Shown here: piece after piece, positions 56,633 through 64,000 of the stretch
Layout of the letters: each line of letters opens with the position of its first letter
Numbering within the stretch: the stretch's first letter is position 1
Assembly (NCBI GenBank): GCA_028694915.1
Contig: JAQVJY010000002.1
Coordinates: forward strand, 64,401 to 128,400
Direction: 5' to 3'
Length of the DNA stretch: 64,000 nucleotides
From: Paludibacteraceae bacterium
GTDB taxonomy: Bacteria; Bacteroidota; Bacteroidia; Bacteroidales; Paludibacteraceae
Translations under genes and position numbers: made by a program
The notes under the pieces: model-generated
Seen by the model: only the letters and a program-made list of their open reading frames with translations
Told to the model about the DNA's origin: nothing
Database searches by the model: none

Positions 56633-57853
56633 ATGAAACTCCATTTTTCACCTTCAGTTCATTTAGAAGGCTCTGTTGCCCTGCCTGCTTCAAAAAGCAT
56701 TAGCAATAGAGTGCTCATCATTAATGCGCTGTGTGAAAAGAAAGGTATCATAGAAAATCTAGCTATTTGCGACGATACCACCGTATTATCAAACGCCTTA
56801 ACGTTAGAGTCCGCCACCATTGATATTGGTGCAGCAGGCACCGCTATGCGCTTTTTAACGGCATTTTGTGCGATTCAATCTGGTACATGGATACTCACAG
56901 GGTCGGAACGTATGAAAAACCGCCCAATCAAGATTTTAGTGGACGCATTGACACACATCGGAGCCAAGATTACGTATCTCGAAAAAGAAGGTTTTCCGCC
57001 GTTACAAATTGTAGGAACTCACTTAAAAGGCGGAAAATTATCACTCGATGGCAGCGTAAGTAGTCAATACGTATCAGCGCTCATGATGATAGCTCCAAAA
57101 TTGGAAGAAGGACTCACCATAGAACTCACCAACAATATCAGTTCGGAGCCATACATTCGCATGACACAACAGATAATGGCTGCTTTTGGTGTAAAATCGG
57201 AGTTCTGTAATCAAACTATCGACATTCGTCGGCAACTCTATAAAAGTGTTGCATTTGAGGTAGAATCCGATTGGTCGGCCGCTTCTTATTGGTACGAATT
57301 ACTCGCCATACATGGTGCAGGCAAATTGCAATTACCCGGCTTAAAAAAAGAGAGCGCTCAAGGCGATTCGAAACTGATAGAATTATTCCAGATGTTTGGC
57401 ATAAAAACCACTTTCTCCGATGAAATGGCTGAAATTGAAATTTCGCCCAACAAGCCTGAGTGTCTAGAATATGATTTCAGTAACGAGCCCGACATTGTTC
57501 AAACACTGGCCGTAACCTGTTGCATGACACAAACGCGGTTCCATTTCACAGGATTGTCGAGCTTGAAAATAAAAGAAACAAATCGTGTGGCTGCCTTAAT
57601 AAATGAACTAGCCAAATGCGGATTTGAATTAACAGAACCAGCCGAAAATGAATTGGCGTGGAACGGTGTTTCAAAGAAACCTCTTGACGATATTAGCATT
57701 TCCACTTACGAGGATCATCGCATGGCGATGGCATTTGCGCCAATGGCGCTAAAAATGCCTATTACCATAGAACACCCTGAAGTGGTGAGTAAATCCTATC
57801 CCAACTTTTGGAAGGAACTATTGCGTTTTAACAACATACAAAATTTAGCATAA
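56633..57853 (+). CDS. aroA: 3-phosphoshikimate 1-carboxyvinyltransferase
   Basis: N-terminal LPASKSISNR and conserved DHRMAMAFA near the C-terminus. Confidence 0.9.
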   Translation: MKLHFSPSVHLEGSVALPASKSISNRVLIINALCEKKGIIENLAICDDTTVLSNALTLESATIDIGAAGTAMRFLTAFCAIQSGTWILTGSERMKNRPIKILVDALTHIGAKITYLEKEGFPPLQIVGTHLKGGKLSLDGSVSSQYVSALMMIAPKLEEGLTIELTNNISSEPYIRMTQQIMAAFGVKSEFCNQTIDIRRQLYKSVAFEVESDWSAASYWYELLAIHGAGKLQLPGLKKESAQGDSKLIELFQMFGIKTTFSDEMAEIEISPNKPECLEYDFSNEPDIVQTLAVTCCMTQTRFHFTGLSSLKIKETNRVAALINELAKCGFELTEPAENELAWNGVSKKPLDDISISTYEDHRMAMAFAPMALKMPITIEHPEVVSKSYPNFWKELLRFNNIQNLA

Positions 57854-58281
57854 TGACATTACAAGAAAAACAAGCAGAAATTATCGATGAATTCAGCCCT
57901 TTTGACGACTGGATGGATCGTTATCAATATTTAGTAGAATTGGGTAATGGACTAGGAACCTTACCTGAATCGGACAAAACAGCACAAAATATTATTCAGG
58001 GCTGCCAAAGTAAAGTGTGGTTAACAGCCGACTATAAAGACGGATTAATCTATTATCATGGCGAAAGTGATGCCGTGATTGTAAAAGGCATTGTGTCACT
58101 TTTAGTGAAAGTGCTTTCAGGCTGTACACCCGACGAAATTATCAATTCTGATTTACATTTTATCGATCAAATCGGGTTAAAAGAACATTTATCGCCCACC
58201 CGCTCCAATGGTTTACTCGCTATGGTAAAACAGATGAAACTCTATGCGCTAGCCTACAAAACAAAATACGCTAACTCGTAG
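57853..58281 (+). CDS. sufE: SufE-family sulfur acceptor protein
   Basis: Conserved Cys motif IQGCQSKVWL. There is a 1-nt overlap (TAATG) with aroA. Confidence 0.88.
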   Translation: MTLQEKQAEIIDEFSPFDDWMDRYQYLVELGNGLGTLPESDKTAQNIIQGCQSKVWLTADYKDGLIYYHGESDAVIVKGIVSLLVKVLSGCTPDEIINSDLHFIDQIGLKEHLSPTRSNGLLAMVKQMKLYALAYKTKYANS

Positions 58282-58428
58282 TAAAATAACTGAGATCTAT
58301 ACACATAATAACGAAAGGATTGGATTAAATAGAAAGCCGATGGATAAATTAATTTTGTAATAAATAGAATATGCAAAGACGATGTTTACATACGCAGATA
58401 TTAGCAGTAATAATAAAAAATTAAAAAA

Positions 58429-58800
58429 ATGAATGGACTTGAAATTTTAAAAAGCCTTCCCGCTACGATGAAGGGACAAATTGCACAGCAATATGGAAGT
58501 ATCGAAAAATTCTATCAATTAGTTTTCAGTTTACATGCAACTAATTACAATCTATTTATGAATAAACCAGCTGGTTATCAACTAAATCAACAGCAAATTC
58601 AAATTCAAATTGAACAGATTGAATATAAACTTGAAAGTTTTGGTTTAGAGGACGGAAGTGATATAACCAATGAGATTGCTTCTGATCATGAAGAAATAAT
58701 CGTAAATCGAGAAATACAAAAACTAGATAATGATCTCAGAAAAAAGGGTAGTGATTATGATTCGTTGAGAAAATGGTTGAATGATAAATATGGAATCTAA
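58429..58800 (+). CDS. hypothetical protein (acidic and Gln-rich, with no recognisable domain)
   Basis: 123-aa ORF in an AT-rich islet, with a QQQIQIQIEQIE low-complexity tract. It is followed immediately by a GC-rich palindromic element. Confidence 0.45.
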   Translation: MNGLEILKSLPATMKGQIAQQYGSIEKFYQLVFSLHATNYNLFMNKPAGYQLNQQQIQIQIEQIEYKLESFGLEDGSDITNEIASDHEEIIVNREIQKLDNDLRKKGSDYDSLRKWLNDKYGI

Positions 58801-58808
58801 AAGTACTG

Positions 58809-58900
58809 CTAACACGCGCCTATGTTTACAGACTCGCTGACGTGCATTCAGCAGGTTTTGCTCCCGCAAACCGCCAAATGCCCATAGCCTCGGTCGTTAG
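58809..58900. repeat. 92-nt GC-rich imperfect palindrome with CTAAC...GTTAG termini (attC-like, REP-like or MITE-like element)
   Basis: The left arm ctaacacgcgcctatg pairs with the right arm catagcctcggtcgttag, leaving bulged bases. Internal pairings are gcatt/aatgc and ggtttt-gc/gcaaacc around a tccc loop. The element is far more GC-rich than the AT-rich flanks. Confidence 0.4.
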
Positions 58901-58965
58901 AGATAATAATAACAAAAGCTAGTAATAGATTTTTGACACGCTTTAATGGGAATAATCTGAGAAAA

Positions 58966-59403
58966 ATGAAAATTAGGAAATTAGAAACAAAAGATATTGA
59001 GAGCACTGTTGAACTTTGGTATAACACTTCAGTAATTGCACATAGTTTTATACCAACATCTTATTGGAAAAATAATAAGGAGTCAATGGCTAAAATCTAT
59101 TTACCAGAATCCGAAACTTTCGTATATGTAGAAAATGAAAAGATTGTTGGTTTTATATCAATGGCTGGAAATTATTTAGCAGCAATTTTTGTTGATAAAG
59201 AGTTACAGGGAAAAGGAATCGGGAAAACACTTTTGAATTTCATAAAACAAAAACGGTCAAATATTCTGCTCAAAGTTTTCAAACAAAATATTCAAAGTAT
59301 AGAATTTTATAAAAGTCAAGATTTCAATATGGTATATGAAAACACAGATAAAGAAACTGGAGAATTAGAATTTCTAATGGAATGGAATGGAATAAAAAAA
59401 TAG
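58966..59403 (+). CDS. GNAT-family N-acetyltransferase
   Basis: Start is trimmed to MKIRKLETKD (ATG 58966). Acetyl-CoA motif QGKGIGKTLL and FYKSQDF. Confidence 0.8.
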   Translation: MKIRKLETKDIESTVELWYNTSVIAHSFIPTSYWKNNKESMAKIYLPESETFVYVENEKIVGFISMAGNYLAAIFVDKELQGKGIGKTLLNFIKQKRSNILLKVFKQNIQSIEFYKSQDFNMVYENTDKETGELEFLMEWNGIKK

Positions 59404-59422
59404 TGTCACCATTTGATATACT

Positions 59423-59460
59423 AAAAAGAAGGTTCAAGCCAATGCTTGAACCTTCTTTTT
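59423..59460. terminator. bidirectional rho-independent terminator between the GNAT gene and the alkaline phosphatase gene
   Basis: Perfect 17-bp stem aaaaagaaggttcaagc / gcttgaaccttcttttt with loop caat. Confidence 0.75.
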
Positions 59461-59476
59461 AGTAAGTCGTTTCTTA

Positions 59477-60544
59477 CTATTTTATGCCAAGCGCATTCAA
59501 GAGTTTATCACGAAAATCGACATTCTCCATCCAACCGTTAAATTGTTCTGAACCAGGACCAAAGGCAAATACAGGAACCGGCACGCCACTGTGATAAAAA
59601 CTATTGAATTTGCCATCTACTTTGCCCGTTTCAAAGTTGCCATCTAAAATAGAAAACGCACCCGTTTCGTGGTCGGCCGTAATCACCACCAAGGTGTTGC
59701 CATCTTTGGCGGCAAATTCAAGCGCTTTGCCAATAGCTTTGTCGAAATCAACCATTTCGTTAATTAACTCATTGGTATTGTTGTTATGACCTTGATAATC
59801 GATTTGTGAGCCTTCTACCATGAGGAAGAAACCAGCCGTGTCTTTCGACAAAATGGAAATCGCCTTTTGTACGGAATTAGGCAGCATATCGCCACGTTTA
59901 CTCGCTACAGGCATATCTTTATCATCCAAAAGCGCTAACACTTTACCTTGTTCTATTTTATCCAACGCCTTTTCGGAATGAACTACTTGATAATTTTTAG
60001 CTTCAAATTGTGTTTTCAGATTCTGCTTGTCCGTTCGCTTTTCGAAATCGTCACGACCGCCACCAATCACCACATCAACATCAGCATTTAATAAATCCAG
60101 CGCAATTTCTTCACTCATTTTGCGTGATATTTGATGCGCATAAAAAGAGGCTGGCGTTGCATGTGTAACCGCCACGGTAACAACAATTCCAGTAGCTAAC
60201 CCTTTTTGTTCAGCAAAATAGAGCGACGACCACAATTTAGTGACGCTATCTGGCGCCAAGCCTATCATGTTATTTTTGGTTTTTGAACCTGTAGCCAAAG
60301 CGGTTCCACCAGCGGCCGAATCGGTAATATATTTATTGGCGGAATAGGTTTTGCTAAAGCCTGAAGCGGTACATTTTTCAAGATTTAGATGACCGCCCTG
60401 AGCTGTCATAGCAGCATAAACCTGATTGATGCCCATGCCATCGCCAATCATAAAAATCACATTTTTAGCTTTCGGCTGTGCCCATACATTTACCTGAAAC
60501 AAGCAAATGCAAGTGGCTATAATAAGACCATATTTGATATTCAT
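59477..60544 (-). CDS. alkaline phosphatase
   Basis: Signal peptide (VWA|QPK). Motifs include IGDGMG and the active-site Ser in TDSAAGGTA, plus the metal ligand blocks ADHETG and GHNNN-region. Confidence 0.88.
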   Translation of the reverse strand: MNIKYGLIIATCICLFQVNVWAQPKAKNVIFMIGDGMGINQVYAAMTAQGGHLNLEKCTASGFSKTYSANKYITDSAAGGTALATGSKTKNNMIGLAPDSVTKLWSSLYFAEQKGLATGIVVTVAVTHATPASFYAHQISRKMSEEIALDLLNADVDVVIGGGRDDFEKRTDKQNLKTQFEAKNYQVVHSEKALDKIEQGKVLALLDDKDMPVASKRGDMLPNSVQKAISILSKDTAGFFLMVEGSQIDYQGHNNNTNELINEMVDFDKAIGKALEFAAKDGNTLVVITADHETGAFSILDGNFETGKVDGKFNSFYHSGVPVPVFAFGPGSEQFNGWMENVDFRDKLLNALGIK

Positions 60545-60555
60545 AACAACTAATT

Positions 60556-60909
60556 TTATGGGATTAAAACTGCTTGATCAACCGCTTCATTTTGATTTAG
60601 TTCGTGACGAATAGCCACCAACTCTTTACGAATAGCGATTAACTTTTCTTGGATTTTTTGTTTTTTTACAACGCTGTCTTTATTCAGCTTTAGGCGTTCT
60701 TTAGCACCTGCAATAGTGAGTTTTTGAACACGTAACAAATAGTGAATTTGTTTGATTACTTCTATATCATTCGCCGTATAAAAACGAGTTCCCTTGGCAT
60801 TTCGTTTGGGCTCAAGTTGCTCAAATTCATCTTCCCAAAAACGTAAGAGTGAATGGTTCACCTCAAACATTTTGGCCACTTCTGCTATCGAATAATATAC
60901 TTTTTCCAT
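60556..60909 (-). CDS. MerR-family transcriptional regulator
   Basis: N-terminal HTH YSIAEVAKMFEVNHSLLRFWEDEF and a C-terminal coiled coil. Confidence 0.85.
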   Translation of the reverse strand: MEKVYYSIAEVAKMFEVNHSLLRFWEDEFEQLEPKRNAKGTRFYTANDIEVIKQIHYLLRVQKLTIAGAKERLKLNKDSVVKKQKIQEKLIAIRKELVAIRHELNQNEAVDQAVLIP

Positions 60910-60915
60910 ACGTTT

Positions 60916-62193
60916 TTATTTACGATAAATTTTTAAACGTTGTCCAGCACGAATCATGGAATTACGTAATCCATTCCATTTTTTAATTTGTGTTACAGTG
61001 ACATGATAACGAGCAGCAATAGCGCCCAAAGTGTCGCCAGAACGTACTTTGTGGTAAGTGACCTCGCCACTTCCCGTTGCTGCAGGACTACCATGTAAAG
61101 GCTCTACGCGGGCTCTTTGTGGTACTAATTCTGCCGCGCGATAAGCTGCAATAGAGTCTTTGTTATCGATATAGGCCGTGATTTGATTAAATGGAAGTAC
61201 AAGCGGATAAGGTTTAATATTACCAGGTACAATATCTTGACGATATTGTGGATTCAAGAATCTCAATTCCTCAATAGAAAGATCAAGCACGTCTGCCACT
61301 TGTTGTAAATTAATACGTCTGTCCACCATCATGGTATCGGTAGCTACAGTCACAGTTGGCTGAGCAGGACACATATTGTGGAATTTGTAATAATTCATGA
61401 TGTAATTGGCAGCAATAAAAATAGGCACATATCCACGGGTTTCACGTGGTAAATAAGGGTAAATCTGCCAATAATCTCTTTTACCTCCACCTGCATGGCG
61501 CATGGCTTTAGCTACATTACCTGGACCACAATTATAAGCGGCAATAACCAAATGCCAATCCTGATAAATATTATACAAATCGCGCAAATAGCGTGCTGCC
61601 GCATCCGAAGATTTAATCGGATCACAACGTTCGTCAACCAAACTATTCACTTCAAGACCGTAAATACGACCAGTAGAAACCATAAATTGCCATAAACCAC
61701 CAGCACCAGCTTTAGAAATAGCACGCGCATTCAAAGCCGACTCAATAACTGGGAGATATTTCAATTCCAACGGAACATTGTATTTCGAAAGTGCCGCCTC
61801 AAAAATAGGGAAATAATACGTTTCGCCTATTCCAAGCATATATTCCACTTGATGATGACGTTTGGCAAACACTTCTATCAAACTGCGCACAATACTATTG
61901 TATGGCATTTCCATCACATAAGGCAGTTTCTGCATACGTTGAATGTAAACTTCATCGGGATAAGTTATAAAACCTGTATCCTTTGAACAATTGCCCAATG
62001 TTGCATTCTGTAAATACCAATTATGTACAATTTCATCCAAACTTTCATCAAATTCAGAAGGAATAGTAACAGTGGTATCTGTTACACTTTTGTTAACGGT
62101 TGGTTGCGGAACTTTTTCTACCACAGTCTGTGAAAAGAGTTGGCTACAAATAACTACAGAAGCTGTGGTAAAAAACACTTTGAAAAAATTCAT
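60916..62193 (-). CDS. lytic transglycosylase (SLT domain) with a C-terminal LysM domain
   Basis: SLT motifs ESALN, GLWQFM and AAYNCGPGNV. LysM sequence YHKVRSGDTLGAIAARYHVTVTQIKKWNGL. Confidence 0.85.
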   Translation of the reverse strand: MNFFKVFFTTASVVICSQLFSQTVVEKVPQPTVNKSVTDTTVTIPSEFDESLDEIVHNWYLQNATLGNCSKDTGFITYPDEVYIQRMQKLPYVMEMPYNSIVRSLIEVFAKRHHQVEYMLGIGETYYFPIFEAALSKYNVPLELKYLPVIESALNARAISKAGAGGLWQFMVSTGRIYGLEVNSLVDERCDPIKSSDAAARYLRDLYNIYQDWHLVIAAYNCGPGNVAKAMRHAGGGKRDYWQIYPYLPRETRGYVPIFIAANYIMNYYKFHNMCPAQPTVTVATDTMMVDRRINLQQVADVLDLSIEELRFLNPQYRQDIVPGNIKPYPLVLPFNQITAYIDNKDSIAAYRAAELVPQRARVEPLHGSPAATGSGEVTYHKVRSGDTLGAIAARYHVTVTQIKKWNGLRNSMIRAGQRLKIYRK

Positions 62194-62225
62194 AATTTCT
62201 TATTTGATAGTATTAGTATAGGTTT

Positions 62226-62915
62226 TTAAAACAAATTGAAATTAAGTTGTACGCCAACACTTGGCTTATAACTATTAGGCGTTTGAAACAGTGTTGGTGC
62301 TACCTGCATCGATAAATCTGGGCTAATATCAAAATCGGCTAACTGTGCATCAACATACGCATCAATCACTGTGATGGCATAAAAAGCCACAGCACCAACA
62401 ATGGATAAATCGCGATAACGGCGATACGTATTTTGTCTGCTCTTCATTAAATTTTTAGCCTCACTGGACGACGGATCAATGCTATAGGGCAACAACTTTT
62501 CGTAACTTTTTGTATTTGGATCGGAATCCATAATATCTCTGTATCCACGAGAATAATCGCGATAATATTTCCCATTCCACGAAATGGCATACGTTAAACC
62601 TGCCACGCCGCCATACACAATGGGCACTTTCCAATACTGGCGATTATAAATTTGACCTAATCCCGGAAAAATAATAGCGTACCACAAACTTTTTTGAGGA
62701 TCGGGTTTAAACACAACCGGTATAGTTACCGGTTGACTCTTCGCTAAAGAATCAAGGGTTATATTTAAACTATCTGATAAATCCTTTTGTTGCTCTTGTG
62801 ATGTGGTGTACGACAGGCTATCCGTGGTATTGATACGAATAGAATCGGTTGGAAGAGCTAATACATAAGCCACATTCAACAAAACACCTACAACCAACAA
62901 CAATGGTTTTTTCAT
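62226..62915 (-). CDS. DUF5683-like membrane protein
   Basis: Signal/anchor sequence, a conserved PGLGQIYNRQYWK block, and the position directly downstream of parB that is usual in Bacteroidota. Confidence 0.7.
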   Translation of the reverse strand: MKKPLLLVVGVLLNVAYVLALPTDSIRINTTDSLSYTTSQEQQKDLSDSLNITLDSLAKSQPVTIPVVFKPDPQKSLWYAIIFPGLGQIYNRQYWKVPIVYGGVAGLTYAISWNGKYYRDYSRGYRDIMDSDPNTKSYEKLLPYSIDPSSSEAKNLMKSRQNTYRRYRDLSIVGAVAFYAITVIDAYVDAQLADFDISPDLSMQVAPTLFQTPNSYKPSVGVQLNFNLF

Positions 62916-63785
62916 TTAGTTGGAACCGTTCTTAAAAATTTCTATTAAGCGATTTAAATCGTCATCTGATTTAAACGAAATGGTAATTTTACCACCCTTC
63001 TCTGCATTTACAATCTGCGTTTTTGCTTTTAAGCGAGCCGTCAATTCGGTAGCTAATGAGTGGTATGCTTCATTAGTAAGTGCCCCTTTTTTGATAGCTT
63101 TAGGCGTTCCCGATTTAATTTCAGGCGACGCCTTTACTAAATCTTCAGTAGCATGTACCGAAAGTCCTTCGCTCAAAATCTTTTCATACACAGCCAACTG
63201 ATCCACCGCATTATCAACACCAGCCAACACGCGTGCATGGCCCATGTCGATACGTTTATCTTTAAGTGCCAACTGAATTTCGGCTGGTAATTTTAGTAAG
63301 CGTAAATAATTGGCAATGGTAGCACGCTTTTTACCAACACGTTCGCTTAAACCTTCTTGAGTAAGGCTGTATTCCTCCATCAATTTATAGTAACAGAGCG
63401 CAATTTCGATGGCATTCAAATCCTCACGTTGAATGTTTTCTATCAACGCCATCAACTGCACATGCTGTTCGTCTTGATTGGTTTTTATATAGGCTGGAAT
63501 TTTATCTAAACCTGCCAATTTTGAGGCACGATAACGTCGTTCACCAGCAATAATTTGGTACGTGTCGTCATCCAACTGACGCAAGGTAATTGGCGACACA
63601 ATGCCCATTTCGTGTATCGAATTAGCCAACTCTTGTAAAGCTTCTTCGTCGAAATAAGTTCGAGGCTGATTCGGATTTGGATGAATCTTAGAAATCTCTA
63701 TTTCATTAATAGACGATCCGCCATCGGGTTTTATATCGGTATCAATCAACGCGCTTAAACCGCGTCCTAATGCTTGTTTTTTCAT
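62916..63785 (-). CDS. parB: chromosome partitioning protein ParB/Spo0J
   Basis: ParB box IAGERRYRAS and HTH region TQEGLSERVGKKRATIANYLRLL. Confidence 0.93.
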   Translation of the reverse strand: MKKQALGRGLSALIDTDIKPDGGSSINEIEISKIHPNPNQPRTYFDEEALQELANSIHEMGIVSPITLRQLDDDTYQIIAGERRYRASKLAGLDKIPAYIKTNQDEQHVQLMALIENIQREDLNAIEIALCYYKLMEEYSLTQEGLSERVGKKRATIANYLRLLKLPAEIQLALKDKRIDMGHARVLAGVDNAVDQLAVYEKILSEGLSVHATEDLVKASPEIKSGTPKAIKKGALTNEAYHSLATELTARLKAKTQIVNAEKGGKITISFKSDDDLNRLIEIFKNGSN

Positions 63786-63799
63786 TCTGTTTCGCTAAT

Positions 63800-64000
63800 T
63801 TATTTACTTCTTTCAATGAGTTCTTTTGCTAAATCAATGTAATTCTGTGCCCCTTTCGACTCGGCATCAAATTGTAAAACAGGCTGTCCATAACTGGAGG
63901 CCTCACTCAATTTTACGTTACGCTGAATCATCGTATTGAATACCATATCGCCAAAATGGCTTTTCACCTCACTCGCTACCTGATTGGCATGGCGTAAACG
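63800..64000 (-). CDS. parA: ParA/Soj chromosome partitioning ATPase (C-terminal 66 codons only; the gene runs off the window)
   Basis: My hand translation of the minus strand gives ...RNVKLSEASSYGQPVLQFDAESKGAQNYIDLAKELIERSK*. The stop is at 63800-63802, 14 nt upstream of the parB start. Confidence 0.85.
   Translation of the reverse strand, partial: RLRHANQVASEVKSHFGDMVFNTMIQRNVKLSEASSYGQPVLQFDAESKGAQNYIDLAKELIERSK

Noticed and set aside
58429-59403. A GNAT-type toxin-antitoxin pair, with the small upstream ORF as antitoxin and the GNAT as a TacT/AtaT-like toxin.
   Set aside because: The two ORFs are 165 bp apart and separated by a structured GC-rich element, so they are not an overlapping operon. 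The upstream protein shows no RHH or DUF1778-like features. The GNAT looks like a generic small-molecule acetyltransferase.
1-64000. A systematic look for CRISPR arrays, tRNA or rRNA genes, transposases, integrases, phage genes, restriction-modification genes or known multi-gene defence systems.
   Set aside because: None was found. No spaced direct-repeat arrays, no recombinase-like ORFs and no large unexplained ORFs are present. Gene density and functions are those of a housekeeping chromosomal region.

Overview
This 64 kb window looks like an ordinary core-chromosome segment from a member of the Bacteroidota, probably Bacteroidales-like. The taxonomic call rests on gene content (DUF4834, DUF5683, DUF5686 and DUF6089-type proteins, the uppS-bamA-skp x3-murI cluster, split MacB-type permeases), on recurrent TAnnTTTG promoter -7 boxes, on the absence of Shine-Dalgarno sequences, and on Gln at +1 of signal-peptide cleavage sites. 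About 60 protein genes are supported. They include cls, ribD, glmS, a five-gene MacAB/TolC-type efflux operon next to a 7-TM AraC regulator, and an AsmA-like giant protein with a small lipoprotein partner. Also present are ansA, an envelope-biogenesis block (uppS-bamA-three skp-murI), metY, a polyprenyl synthase, ddl, rluD, miaB, ychF, fadD-like, rnc, rnhB, a glutaminyl-cyclase-like M28 lipoprotein and acpP-fabF. The remainder includes yidC, a TetR-acyltransferase cluster, ispH, pfkA, aroA, sufE, an alkaline phosphatase and parB plus the 3' end of parA. One gene is missing from the ORF track because it is under 60 aa: rpmH (ribosomal protein L34, 36544..36702, minus strand). I found no rRNA, tRNA, CRISPR array, transposase, integrase or prophage genes. 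I also found no convincing multi-gene novel system. The best leads are modest. (1) A low-GC single-gene islet encodes an orphan protein with a HEPN-like R-N-x3-H motif. (2) A translationally coupled RLAN/RimK-type ATP-grasp ligase and GNAT pair may form a small-molecule or peptide-modification module. (3) A second low-GC two-gene islet contains a 92-nt GC-rich imperfect palindrome with CTAAC...GTTAG ends that resembles an integron attC site. (4) Two spaced palindromic operator-like sites lie upstream of acpP-fabF. All functional calls come from reading motifs in the translations. No database search was run.
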